From a virus (lineage: Duplodnaviria; Caudoviricetes): a DNA stretch of 64,000 bases. The notes under the pieces are model-generated. The model was not told where the DNA came from. It saw only the letters and a list, made by a program, of their open reading frames with translations, and searched no databases. This document shows, in pieces, positions 37,748-47,425 of this stretch (positions are counted from its first letter, which is position 1; each line of letters begins with the position of its first letter). The position numbers were made by a program, and so were the translations under genes. The DNA lies in IMG/VR virus record IMGVR_UViG_2912649904_000001, positions 25,860 to 89,859 of that record, one strand, 5' to 3'.

Positions 37748-37760
37748 AATGCTGGGGGGC

Positions 37761-38030
37761 ATGACCGATCGCCCGAAGGCCAAGCCCTCCCACGAGCCGA
37801 GCCAGGACCTCACTGATGCTCAGGCCGCGATGGACGAGGCGTGGAAGGTGTACGAGGAGAAGCGTCACGCCTATCGCAAGGCCATCGCCGACGAACTCCG
37901 CGCCTCTGGGATCTCGCACGCGAAGATGGCCGCGCTCACCTCGTACACCGAGGAGACCGTCCGGCACATCGCTCGGGAGTACAAGGTCCCGCCGAAGCGC
38001 AAGCCGACCGTCCGCCCCCTCAAGGACTGA
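37761..38030 (+). CDS. Small HTH regulator
   Basis: GISHAKMAALTSYTEETVRHIARE after a coiled helix. Confidence 0.75.
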   Translation: MTDRPKAKPSHEPSQDLTDAQAAMDEAWKVYEEKRHAYRKAIADELRASGISHAKMAALTSYTEETVRHIAREYKVPPKRKPTVRPLKD

Positions 38031-38283
38031 CGTCACGCCCCGCGCTTTGCCCGGTCCACCCCGCCGCCTCTCGCGCGAATGCGGGCGATCTCGACCTTGG
38101 CGCGCGCGACGACCGCAACCACGGCGACGACGCAGCCGCTCAGCAGCACCCACACGAACGCTGTCGTACCCGCCATCGTCGTCTCCTGCCTGCCGCACCT
38201 GAGGAGGCAGGAGAGTACCGCCCCAGCACACCGACGGGCCGCGCACCAACTCGTGCCCGGCCCGTCGGTGTGCCCGGGGTTGG

Positions 38284-38538
38284 TTACATATCCGGCTCAC
38301 CTGCGGTGACTGTGAAGCCCAAGGCGATGTCGACGGTGACCGGCTCCCCGCCGACGCTCGTGGTGACGCGGAGCTGGCGCGTGCCGTCCGGGCTGGGCTC
38401 CAGCTCCCACATCTCGTGGACCAGCTCGGAGGCCGGGCCGGGGATGAGTTCGCCGGACCGGGCGAGCAGGTGCGTGATCAGGCTCGCGACCTGGCGGACG
38501 GCCGGGTGCTCGGCGGCGGCTTTCGCGCGGGGACTCAT
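38284..38538 (-). CDS. Hypothetical protein
   Basis: Protein-like composition. Confidence 0.45.
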   Translation of the reverse strand: MSPRAKAAAEHPAVRQVASLITHLLARSGELIPGPASELVHEMWELEPSPDGTRQLRVTTSVGGEPVTVDIALGFTVTAGEPDM

Positions 38539-38717
38539 GGCGGGCTCACATTCTTCCGGGTGGGATTAACTTCAATTCCATTCTTTCCGAATTACCTTCC
38601 CGGCATCCGCGAATTCCTGGATTGGTTCACTTAATTCGCCGATAATGCAGGAGGGCCCACCACCGGTAATTGGTGGCGGGCCTCTGTGATGTACGGGGCA
38701 GGCGTGCGGGCTTGCGG

Positions 38718-38957
38718 CTACAGCACTCGGAACAGGAAGGCGACGAGAATCGCGGCGATCATCAGTGACCCGGCGATCTGTTGCTCGCGCGGCAGGTCGA
38801 AGAAGTTGAACCGCTTGGGCTCGATGATCTGCTCGCCGTCGGGGATGTGACCGCCGTGCTTGAGGACGCGGTGGCTGTGGCGCTCCTGCGCGAGTGCGCT
38901 GCGAGTGTGCACCGGCAGCGACGTGGTGCGGCACTGCGTGCACCGGTAGCGGTACAT
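38718..38957 (-). CDS. Small zinc-finger protein with C-terminal TM helix
   Basis: CTQC...H...H; hydrophobic tail. Confidence 0.6.
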   Translation of the reverse strand: MYRYRCTQCRTTSLPVHTRSALAQERHSHRVLKHGGHIPDGEQIIEPKRFNFFDLPREQQIAGSLMIAAILVAFLFRVL

Positions 38958-38978
38958 CGCACCCCCCTCCATTTCAGA

Positions 38979-40316
38979 TCACCCCCCATGATGCTCGATT
39001 TTCCAGGCGGACGGGCCCCTCTCGGTGTCCTGCACATACCGGTAGCCCTTCGCGATCTCCTCGCCCGTCCAGACGTCGTCTGGCGTATGGGCCCCCTCTT
39101 CTGGGGCGTTGGTGGCGTTGTTGGCGTTGGCGTTGGCACTCTCACCTGCAACAACGCCGGACCCCTGGGGGGAGCCCTGGGTGGGGGGCAACGGCGGGAA
39201 ATCGTCGCGGTGCACGCCCGGCCCGTTCCCGGCCTCTGCGCGCACCCCCGTTCGAATGGCGATGTGGGCCTCGCCGAGCACCCTCCGGACGGCCCGGGTG
39301 TCGGCCAGGGAGAGGTGCTGTCGGAGGGTGGTGAGGAGCACCCCGCGCCCCTCTCCGACGAGCCGGTGGAGAGCGTGGATTACGTCGTTGCGGGAGGGCC
39401 CGGCGGGGGTCTCGTCGGCGCCCTCGGTGGACTTCTCGTCGGCACCCTCGGTGGACTCCTCGGCCGGGTCGTCGGCGGGGCCTTCAGGCGAGCTTTCGGG
39501 GGCCTTGGCGAGATCGGCCGCAGAGGTCGTTTCGTGGGTCTTCCCGAGTCGCTTGAGCCTGCCAAGGACTCCGCCGCTGGGGGTGTCCTTGGAGTTCTCC
39601 TTGCTGGCTTTCTCCACCTTGGCGGGAGCTTCTTCCGGGTTATCGCCACCCTTGGGCTTCTCCCCCGGCTTTCTGATTTTCTGGCCCTTCTCCCCCGTGA
39701 CCTTTTCGCTCTTCTCCCCCGCCTTGTTGCCCTTCTTCTTGCCACCGGGCTCAGGGATTCGGCCGGTTCCGGCGGCGATGAGGAGCAGGAAGAGAGCGGC
39801 GGCTACGGCACCCGGGGCGGCAGGGTGCTGGGCGGGCGCGGTCGCCAGGACGTAGCCGAATGCTGCTGTGATGCCGAGGCGGGCGGGAATGCTGCCGCCC
39901 TTGCCGATGGAGCCGGTCGCCCAGGCGTAGAGAAGGACCAGGAGTAGCCGCCCGCCGCGCAGCAGGCACAGGACGCCGATGATGGCGCCGTGCCCGGCCC
40001 TGGCGAGGCCACGAAGCAGCGGAGGGCCGCCCCGGCGACCGGCGGCCACGGCGAGCGGTCCCAGTTCCTTCAGTGGCCTGACGTCGTAATAGGGGCTGAG
40101 GTCGGGGAGTGCCAGAGCGCGGCGACGCTGCTCGGGATCCTCCTCGCCGACGTCGTCCTGGTCCTCGTCGTCGGCCAGCTCGGGTTCGTCGTCCAACTCG
40201 GGCTGGGCGAGTGGCGGGACGGGGAAGGGGACGGCCACGGGCGCAGGCATGCCCCACTCCCCCGCCGCCTCGTCGTCGGGGTCGGGGACTGGGTACAGGT
40301 GCGGGGCGGTGCTCAT
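38979..40316 (-). CDS. Membrane protein with charged linker and C-terminal HTH-like domain
   Basis: About 3 hydrophobic segments; GVLLTTLRQHLSLADTRAVRRVL. Confidence 0.6.
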   Translation of the reverse strand: MSTAPHLYPVPDPDDEAAGEWGMPAPVAVPFPVPPLAQPELDDEPELADDEDQDDVGEEDPEQRRRALALPDLSPYYDVRPLKELGPLAVAAGRRGGPPLLRGLARAGHGAIIGVLCLLRGGRLLLVLLYAWATGSIGKGGSIPARLGITAAFGYVLATAPAQHPAAPGAVAAALFLLLIAAGTGRIPEPGGKKKGNKAGEKSEKVTGEKGQKIRKPGEKPKGGDNPEEAPAKVEKASKENSKDTPSGGVLGRLKRLGKTHETTSAADLAKAPESSPEGPADDPAEESTEGADEKSTEGADETPAGPSRNDVIHALHRLVGEGRGVLLTTLRQHLSLADTRAVRRVLGEAHIAIRTGVRAEAGNGPGVHRDDFPPLPPTQGSPQGSGVVAGESANANANNATNAPEEGAHTPDDVWTGEEIAKGYRYVQDTERGPSAWKIEHHGG

Positions 40317-40723
40317 CAGGCCGCCAGTTGTGCGGAGACGAGGGCGATCTTCTCCGCGAGGATGCCGAGGCCGCCGTCGGCGCTGGAAGCGATGTAGAAG
40401 AGCGGGATGCCCATCGTGACCAAGCCGCGCAAGGTCAGTTTCTTCCACGAGATGATCGCCATCATGCACAGGCCGATCGCGGGGAGGGTCAGTTCAGGGG
40501 CCACGCTGTTGACCAGTACCAGCAGGTCGTTGACGACGCCCTTCACGATGGAGAAGGGCCAGCCGGTTGCCGCGTAGGAGGCTCCGGCGAGGATGGACAG
40601 GAAGAGGGTCCATCCCCAGCCGAGAGGCTTGACCTTGCCCCCTCCGGATGTGCCAAGGATGAGAACAACGGTGAGGAAGGTGGCGAGTCCGAAGGGGCCG
40701 AGCGAGCCGATCAGGCTGTTCAT
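40316..40723 (-). CDS. Integral membrane protein (about 4 TM)
   Basis: Strongly hydrophobic; coupled to next gene. Confidence 0.75.
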   Translation of the reverse strand: MNSLIGSLGPFGLATFLTVVLILGTSGGGKVKPLGWGWTLFLSILAGASYAATGWPFSIVKGVVNDLLVLVNSVAPELTLPAIGLCMMAIISWKKLTLRGLVTMGIPLFYIASSADGGLGILAEKIALVSAQLAA

Positions 40724-40756
40724 GCGGTGTCCTTGGAGTGTGGTGGTCGGGCGGGG

Positions 40757-41620
40757 CTACAGCTCAAGGTCGGTGGAGCCGTACAGCAGGGTGCCGACGA
40801 CCATGGAGATCAGCGGGATGCGCCCAGCGAGGGCGAACAGGGGGAACCAGCCGCGGGTGCGGTTGTCGAGCGCCCAGACGCCGACGGCGACGCCGTACCA
40901 GAGACAGACGTGCCGGTCGGTCCACGAGCCGTAGGTGTGCACGAGGTACGCCGTCTCGGCGGTGAAGTACTGCGGGATGCCGAAGAAGAAGCCGGCGGCG
41001 AGTGCGGTCCCGTTGTAGAGGGCCCAGCGCTTCGGGGCTTCCAGCCCGAGCCACCACTGGATCAGGGACTGTTTCGGCGCCGGCTTGCTGTCGAGGTAGG
41101 CGGGGCGCTGGTAGACCCGGGGAGGGCCGGTGTGCTTGCGGCGCCACTTCTTGCGGAGCCACGCTGGGATGGCGCTGCCGTCTTCGGCCTCGTCCTCGTC
41201 ACTGCCGTCGGGGGCTTCGAGCTGCATCGCGCATTCCTGGCACCAGTAGGCGACGACTTCACCTGTGGTCTGGGAGTGAACCGCGTGCGGGGTGGGGTGG
41301 TCGCAATTCTTCGTGGCGGTGGCCTCTCCCCCGCCCTCGTCCTTGGTGGTGGACGTGCCGGGGACTGGGGGTTCGCCTGCGTCGAGGGGCGGCTTCTTCA
41401 GCGACCACCAGTCAGGCAGCCGGGCGGCGCCTGAACGGGGGTCCGGAACGGTGTCCGCGCTGGCCGGGGCCGTGTCCGGGCTATCCGGGGCGTTGGTGTC
41501 CGCCATGTCCGGGGCCGGGTCCGGCTGTCCGGCGTCGTCGTTCTTGGGCGCGTGGTCGGGTTCGATGCGGTCGGCGAGGTCGTTGAGGCGGCCGAGGAGG
41601 ACGCGGGGCCGGAGGTCCAT
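40757..41620 (-). CDS. Membrane protein with Zn ribbon and C-terminal TM helices
   Basis: CDH...YWCQEC; hydrophobic C-terminus. Confidence 0.7.
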   Translation of the reverse strand: MDLRPRVLLGRLNDLADRIEPDHAPKNDDAGQPDPAPDMADTNAPDSPDTAPASADTVPDPRSGAARLPDWWSLKKPPLDAGEPPVPGTSTTKDEGGGEATATKNCDHPTPHAVHSQTTGEVVAYWCQECAMQLEAPDGSDEDEAEDGSAIPAWLRKKWRRKHTGPPRVYQRPAYLDSKPAPKQSLIQWWLGLEAPKRWALYNGTALAAGFFFGIPQYFTAETAYLVHTYGSWTDRHVCLWYGVAVGVWALDNRTRGWFPLFALAGRIPLISMVVGTLLYGSTDLEL

Positions 41621-41622
41621 GG

Positions 41623-42291
41623 TCAGTTCCTTCCGTACGGCTTGAGGGCCCGGGCTGCGCGGCTGCCGAGGTCGCGGCCGTGGCCGCGGTGGCGTCGGGC
41701 GATGCTGCGCAGCACGGGCACGGCGCTGTCGGCGGGCACGATGCGGATGCCGTCGAAGATGAGCTCGCCGCCGTCGACGGGAGCGCCGTGCATGACGACG
41801 AGGGAGATGACTGGCACGCCCAGCACACGGGAGACGGTCGCGGTCTCATGGCGTAGGCCGCGCAGCCGGTCGGTGACGTCCAGGTCGCCGTGGAGGAGGC
41901 GGCCCCGCACGATGCGGACACGGCACCGGGCGTCCCAGCGCTTGGTGTCGACGGCGATGGCCACGCCCCGGGGCGACACCACGAGGTGGTCGACGTTCGC
42001 CCGGCCGGTGGGCAGCGCGAGGTCGTGGAGGACGGTCCAGCCGAGCGGGCGCAGGACGGCCAGCAGACGGCCGGTGCGTCGCTCACCCTCGGCACCGGCG
42101 GCGAACTGAGCGGCCTGAGCGGCCTGACGGCCCCGTACGGTCTGGATGCCGACCAACTCCGCGAGGCGCACGAGCGGCGTGCGGAGCTGGCGGGCGCGGG
42201 CCGCCGCCGACCGCCCGGCCCGGCCGGGGCGGCTGCCCCAGACGAGCCAGGCGAATACGGCGGCAGCCAGCAGGAGCGTGCCGATGCTCAT
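41623..42291 (-). CDS. Membrane-anchored NERD (PD-(D/E)xK) nuclease-like protein
   Basis: N-terminal TM; GAEGE, VLHDL, NVDHLVVSPRGVAIAVDTK. Confidence 0.85.
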   Translation of the reverse strand: MSIGTLLLAAAVFAWLVWGSRPGRAGRSAAARARQLRTPLVRLAELVGIQTVRGRQAAQAAQFAAGAEGERRTGRLLAVLRPLGWTVLHDLALPTGRANVDHLVVSPRGVAIAVDTKRWDARCRVRIVRGRLLHGDLDVTDRLRGLRHETATVSRVLGVPVISLVVMHGAPVDGGELIFDGIRIVPADSAVPVLRSIARRHRGHGRDLGSRAARALKPYGRN

Positions 42292-43415
42292 GACGCGGTC
42301 CGCTTCCGACGCTGGATCTCGCGGTGGACGGTGCGGCGGACGGTATCCGCCGCCGCCTTCGGGTGGACCTTGTGGACGCGGGCGAGGAAAGCGGGGTCGT
42401 CCTTGTCCATGTGCGGGTTCTGGTCGAGGGCTTCGCGGGCCATGGCGGCGATCGACGGAACGGCGAAGTCGCGCACGGCGTCCTCGTTGCCCTGGCCGCC
42501 GGACATGTCCGCGCCGTTGTCCGTGTCCTGCCCGGACGCGAGCGGGACGAGCGGCCCGGGCGGGGTGGTCGCCTGCGCGGACACGGTCCCGGACGACTGT
42601 CCGGCCGCGGTGGTCTGGGCGGGTAGAGCAGGCTCCGGGGCTGGCTCGGCCGGGGTCTGTCCGGACGCCGGGGCTGACCCGTCCGGACGCTGTCCGGGCT
42701 GGGCCGGGGCGGTCAAGGCGGCGGCCGGGGCGGTCATGAGGGCCTGCGCGGTCTGGTACTCCGGGCCGCCGACTGCGCGCCGGTACGCCTCGCCGCGGTA
42801 TAGGCGGCGCAGCTTCTCGCCAAGCAGCGCGCGGCCGGCCGCCTCCTGCTCCTGGGCGACGACCCAGTTCGTGACGCCCTTGGACAGCTTCACCTGCGTA
42901 CGGCGCAGCAACAGCGCCCAGAAGCCCTTGGAGAGAAGGTCGACGACGGCACCGACGGCACCGACCCACGGGAGACCGTTGCTGTAGCCGTAGACGAACA
43001 CGGCTCCCATGCCGATGACCAGGGCGACCCATCCAGCGATGCGGGCGGGGCGGGCGCGGTCGGGGTCGATCCGGCCGTCCAGCCACTCAAGGGCAAGGCA
43101 GCCGAGCCATGACGCGGTGAAGACCAGGCCGATCAGGTAGGCCACGAAGGGGTGCAGCAGCTCTGCGAGGAGTCCGCCGACGCTGGCCGAGGTCCCGATG
43201 AACGCGGCGACCGTGAGAAACACAGCGAGGCCGATGACGCCACGCAGAACGACGGTTTCCCAGTCCTTCGGCGGGACGGGCTCCTGAACGTAGTAGCCCT
43301 CGGTGTGGGTGGACTCTCGCCCGTCGATGACGGTGACGACCTGCCGCTGCTTCTTCACGCGGCGGTACTTCACGCCGGGCTCCTGGTACTGCGGGGCGTC
43401 GGGATTCTCGGGCAT
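42288..43415 (-). CDS. Spd-like 4-TM protein with low-complexity linker and C-terminal putative DNA-binding domain
   Basis: Four TM helices, helical segment, P/A/T linker, basic ADTVRRTVHRE helix. Confidence 0.65.
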   Translation of the reverse strand: MPENPDAPQYQEPGVKYRRVKKQRQVVTVIDGRESTHTEGYYVQEPVPPKDWETVVLRGVIGLAVFLTVAAFIGTSASVGGLLAELLHPFVAYLIGLVFTASWLGCLALEWLDGRIDPDRARPARIAGWVALVIGMGAVFVYGYSNGLPWVGAVGAVVDLLSKGFWALLLRRTQVKLSKGVTNWVVAQEQEAAGRALLGEKLRRLYRGEAYRRAVGGPEYQTAQALMTAPAAALTAPAQPGQRPDGSAPASGQTPAEPAPEPALPAQTTAAGQSSGTVSAQATTPPGPLVPLASGQDTDNGADMSGGQGNEDAVRDFAVPSIAAMAREALDQNPHMDKDDPAFLARVHKVHPKAAADTVRRTVHREIQRRKRTAS

Positions 43416-43880
43416 CGGGATGCCTTTCAGGGGGGCGACATGGAGGGGAAGGCCGGGCCCGCCTTCGGGCAGCGGGCCCGGCCTGTGGTGCAGGCCGCAG
43501 AGGGGCGGCCGTTCCCCAACGCGTGCTCCAGCCGCCGCTACTTGGGCGGGTCGGAGTGCTTCTGCGTGGGGCGCTTCTCGGGCGGGTAGTAGCCGCCGCG
43601 GTCCGGGTCGTAGACGGTGGCGTGCCGGTCCTCCGCCCGTGCGGGATCCCGGGTTGGCATGTCCTTGGGCAGCGGGCTCACGAGTCGCCCCCCGTCCCGT
43701 GGGCGCCGAGGGCTTCCACAGCGGCGACAGCGGCCCTGGTGAGACCAACGACCTGCTCTCCGCTGGTGGTCGCGGGCCGGCCGAGCATCCCGGCCTGGCA
43801 GTTCGCCTCGATGGCGTGGGACAGGCGGACGACGGCGCCGATCGCCGCGTAGACCGCGGGTCCGGGGTTCTCGACGTTAT

Positions 43881-44069
43881 TCACTTGCCCCACCTGGCCT
43901 TGGCGGTGTCGGCGGCGCGGGCCTTGGTCAGCCCGGACTGGATGCGTGCCTCTGTCGCACGGTCCTCCCGCTCCTCGGGGGTGCCGTAGTCGGCAGCGCA
44001 CTGCGCGAGGAGGTCCGCGGCGGACTGTCCCGGCTGGGTCTCTACCTTGTCGCGCTTGAAGAGAGCCAT
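43881..44069 (-). CDS. Small hypothetical protein
   Basis: MALFKRDK...; coupled start/stop. Confidence 0.45.
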   Translation of the reverse strand: MALFKRDKVETQPGQSAADLLAQCAADYGTPEEREDRATEARIQSGLTKARAADTAKARWGK

Positions 44070-44401
44070 CAGACGGCACCCGCCCGCGTGGACAGGGAGG
44101 CGAGGACGCCGCGAAGGCGGATCGCGTACTCGCCGCGGGTGATGCCGCCGGTGTGGCTGGGGGCAACGGTCAGGGCCGTGCGCGAGACGTGCGCGGCATC
44201 GCTGCCGATGCGGCGGCCGCACACCTTGTACGCCTCAGCGCCGACGCTGACCAGCAGTGCATCCTGCTCCAGCAGTGCCGTGGGCCGTGTCGTCGTGAAG
44301 TGGGCGGCGACCTCGGCCAGGACGAGGGCGACCTTTTCGGTGTGCTCGGGCTGGACGGAGGTATGGCCGTCCGCCGGAATCAGATCAGTAGAGTGGCCCA
44401 T
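44069..44401 (-). CDS. Hypothetical protein (plasmid transfer-operon-like first gene)
   Basis: AGGAG RBS; TRGEYAIRLR; divergent from HTH gene. Confidence 0.55.
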   Translation of the reverse strand: MGHSTDLIPADGHTSVQPEHTEKVALVLAEVAAHFTTTRPTALLEQDALLVSVGAEAYKVCGRRIGSDAAHVSRTALTVAPSHTGGITRGEYAIRLRGVLASLSTRAGAV

Positions 44402-44593
44402 TGCGTCAACTCCTGTAGTGGCAGGGCTTGGCGTTCCCGGCACCGTGTGCGACCGCGGAGCCAGGGTTGTGGCGGCCCGGTATGCGACTACCGGGCCGTC
44501 ACTTTCGGTTTGTCCCGGCTTTGCGTGCGACCGCGCGGCTGGGGCTGATGAAGTTGTGATGCGACGATGACGGTGCGTCAACACCGCCGAACG

Positions 44594-44607
44594 ATAGGCT
44601 AGCCTAT
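44594..44607. promoter_or_regulatory. Palindromic operator C
   Basis: Perfect palindrome ATAGGCTAGCCTAT between divergent genes. Confidence 0.65.
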
Positions 44608-44646
44608 TGCTCTCCGGCGGTGCTACACACCCGGAGAGGGGCGACT

Positions 44647-44973
44647 GTGGCCAGTTCGAACAACGAGGAGGTACAGCGAGTGAGAGCCGCGATTGCCGCC
44701 CTGTTCGAGGAGGACACGCCAGAGGAACGCTTCATCCGACTCACCCGCCTGCTCACCGACTGGCCGGAGCTGCACGCACAGGTGCGGCAGATGCGTCAGG
44801 CGACCGGGGACGATCTGCACGACAACGGCATGACGTACAAGGAGATCGGCGCACTGATCGATGTCACGGAGGGCCGTGCGAGGCACATCGCCAAGGGCAT
44901 CGTGCGCCCGGTGCGCGACAACGCGAAGGCGAAGAGGAAATCCGGCGAAAAGCCCGAGGCGGCTGGCGAGTAG
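44647..44973 (+). CDS. Small HTH regulator (paralog of 29614-29901)
   Basis: LTRLLTDWPEL...GMTYKEIGALIDVTEGRARHIAKG. Confidence 0.8.
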   Translation: MASSNNEEVQRVRAAIAALFEEDTPEERFIRLTRLLTDWPELHAQVRQMRQATGDDLHDNGMTYKEIGALIDVTEGRARHIAKGIVRPVRDNAKAKRKSGEKPEAAGE

Positions 44974-45468
44974 CGGCCGGGCGCCGTGGACAGCCGGCCG
45001 GCCGCGTCGCGGATACCGGATGGCCCGCGGGGGCGGGGATATCGGGCGGGCGCGACAGGGCGACCGGGACTGAGCATGCAGCGGCCCCCGCTCCGGGGAC
45101 TCCAGGGCGGGGGCCGCTGCTATGTGGTCACCGTCGGCCATTGCCGCCGCGCGACCGGTCGTTGACTTCCTTCACCTTCTCCGAGACCGTCTTGCCATCC
45201 TGGGAGCCGTGCGGGTCTCCCGGGTTCTGAGGGGCGTTACTGGGGGCGTGGTTCACGGTCACTCTCCCGCTCCTGCGACTGGGGTTGGGGTTGGGGTGTT
45301 GTGCGTGCCCCCGGCGGGGTTGCGACCCACCCGCCGGAGGCGTTGCGCGGCCCGCAGACGGCGCCGGCCGTTAGTGGCCATCCGGTGCCGCCCCATGGAT
45401 GCGGGCATGACCGATACGTGCAGAAGCCTGTCCTGCGACTGGCTATGCACCTCGATCCAGCAGCTCTA

Positions 45469-45486
45469 AGGTGTACTAGTACACCT
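45469..45486. promoter_or_regulatory. GntR-type palindromic operator
   Basis: Perfect palindrome AGGTGTACTAGTACACCT upstream of GntR. Confidence 0.75.
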
Positions 45487-45533
45487 GTCGGTGTCAATCC
45501 TGTCGCCGATAGTCACGAGGAACGGAGGAGGGT

Positions 45534-46262
45534 GTGGCACAAGAGGAGAAGGCGAAGTACCTGCAGATCGCCGAGGAGATCATCGAGCGGATCGAGTCTG
45601 GTGAACTCACGCCGGGCGATCACGTGCCGTCGGTCCGGGACATCATCGCCGCGCACCAGGTGGGCGCGGCGACTGCGGGCAAGGTGCCGGGGGTTCTGCG
45701 GCAGCGCGGCTACGCCGAGACAGTACGAGGCGTGGGCACCGTCGTCCGCGCCCGCCGCACTGTCGTGCCGGGCTCGGAGCGGCTGACCCGGTTGCAGACC
45801 AACACGAGCCTCGGGCCGGACGAGCGGGTCGAGATTCTGGCGCTGCGCCGCGAACCGGCAGAGCAGGAAGTCGCGGACGGGCTCGGCATCGAGCTGGGTG
45901 ACCAGGTGGGGCTCAGGCGGCGCCGCTACCTGGACAAGGCCGGAGTTGTCACCGTCTCGTCGACGTGGGTGGCGGGTGCTGTCGTGGACGCGGCGCCCGC
46001 CTTCCTTGAGCCGTCGCCGCTGCCGAGGATGACGTTCGGGCTCATCGAGGAGGCCACCGGGCGTCGCGTCTCGCGGCGGCGGGACACTCACGACATCCGC
46101 CCGGCCCCTGCCGACATCGCCGGGCACATGGGAGTCGACAAGGGCACCCTGCTCCTAACGGTGATCAACCACTACTGGGACCAGTTCGGCGAACCGACTG
46201 AGTTCGCGATCGACTACGTCGGCCCCGGTCGATCGCTGTCGACGGAGTACGCCGTCGACTGA
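45534..46262 (+). CDS. GntR/HutC family repressor with UTRA domain (KorSA/TraR-like)
   Basis: KYLQIAEEI...SGEL-PGD-VPS...RGVGTVV plus UTRA-like C-domain. Confidence 0.92.
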   Translation: MAQEEKAKYLQIAEEIIERIESGELTPGDHVPSVRDIIAAHQVGAATAGKVPGVLRQRGYAETVRGVGTVVRARRTVVPGSERLTRLQTNTSLGPDERVEILALRREPAEQEVADGLGIELGDQVGLRRRRYLDKAGVVTVSSTWVAGAVVDAAPAFLEPSPLPRMTFGLIEEATGRRVSRRRDTHDIRPAPADIAGHMGVDKGTLLLTVINHYWDQFGEPTEFAIDYVGPGRSLSTEYAVD

Positions 46263-46303
46263 ACTCCTGGTCCGCGTGCAGCACCGCGACTATGTGCACA
46301 GTT

Positions 46304-46340
46304 CGGCCCCCTTCCCCGCTGGTCGCTGAGAAGGGGGCCG
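46304..46340. terminator. Bidirectional terminator hairpin
   Basis: CGGCCCCCTTC / GAAGGGGGCCG between convergent genes. Confidence 0.75.
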
Positions 46341-46403
46341 AGTTGCGGGTCCGGACACTGTCCACGAGTCCTGTCCGGACGATGTCCGTGCTGGTAGCGG
46401 GGG

Positions 46404-46964
46404 CTATCGGCGTCCGGCCGCGAAGAGGGCGGCGACGCCGATCACGGCCCGGTGCAACGCCTGGTCAATGAGCGCGGGGGCGCCCGGGTCGTTGACGAGC
46501 CAGCCGCTCTTACCTGCCTTGTGCGCGGCGCGGACGACGAGCGGGGCGCCGTCCTCGGCGGTCTCGGGCCAGTGCCCGGCGCAGCGGTCGATGACGTAGT
46601 GCGACCCGCCGGACAGGGCGAGGGCCAGGCCCGCGCGCCGCCAGTCCAGGCCGAGGCGCAGGTATCGGTCGGCGGCCAGCAGTGCGAGGGCCTGCGCGGC
46701 GGTGTATGAACCGACGTGCCGTGCGCAGACGAGGGCGCCGTCGCGCCCGTCGTTGCCCTTGGCGACAGCGTCAGCATCGCGCTGGAGGATGTAGTCACCG
46801 ATCTCGTGCGCTGCCATTAAGGCGACGTACGCGGCTCCGGCGCGGGCGCCGGGCGACGCGGCTCCGGTGACGCGGGCGGGGAGGTGGACGACGGCAGTGC
46901 GGGCTGCTCCGGCCGCCGTACGGGACGCGGTGCGGGCGGCGCGGCGGGCGGGATCGAGGTTCAT
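46404..46964 (-). CDS. DUF3307-like membrane protein
   Basis: AHEIGDYILQ, H-Y, SHYVIDR, DQALH; AAGGAG RBS; frame stays open upstream. Confidence 0.7.
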   Translation of the reverse strand: MNLDPARRAARTASRTAAGAARTAVVHLPARVTGAASPGARAGAAYVALMAAHEIGDYILQRDADAVAKGNDGRDGALVCARHVGSYTAAQALALLAADRYLRLGLDWRRAGLALALSGGSHYVIDRCAGHWPETAEDGAPLVVRAAHKAGKSGWLVNDPGAPALIDQALHRAVIGVAALFAAGRR

Positions 46965-47425
46965 CGTGAGGCTCCTTCGGAGAGGGTGCGGGCAGGGACC
47001 CGGGCGGCGGAGGCGGCTGGGGCTCGGTGGACAGGAATAGTTGGGTGCCGCCACGTCGTCGTCGCGCACGGTGCGGCTCCCTTCGGTGTCGGGGTCCAGC
47101 CTTGCGGGGCGTCGGCTGGCGTTGTGCCCAGGACTGGGCAGTACGGAAGTGGGACAGCTCACGGACAGCGGCGGCGGGGTGGGCTGGCCGTCCGGGGTGG
47201 TGCGGGCCTGTTCGATCGCGGCGAACGCTTCGGAGAGGGCGTCTCCGGCCAGGCTGCGAGGCACGGTGGCCCGGTACTCGACCCGGACACCGTCCAGGAC
47301 AGGTTCGACGCGTGTACGGACGATGTCCGAGCCAGTCGGGCCGGGGACGTCGTCGCAGAGCGGCGGCATGTCCGGACGGTCGTCGACGATATTGTCCGAG
47401 CTGTCCGGACTGTGTCCGGGGCGGG

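Noticed and set aside
18575-37750. Motif A/B copies as a CRISPR array or integron attC sites
   Set aside because: Kilobases apart, degenerate, located at promoters; no cas genes or integron integrase recognised
41623-42291. NERD nuclease plus MTases as a restriction-modification system
   Set aside because: Nuclease is membrane-anchored, about 17 kb from the nearest MTase and in a different operon
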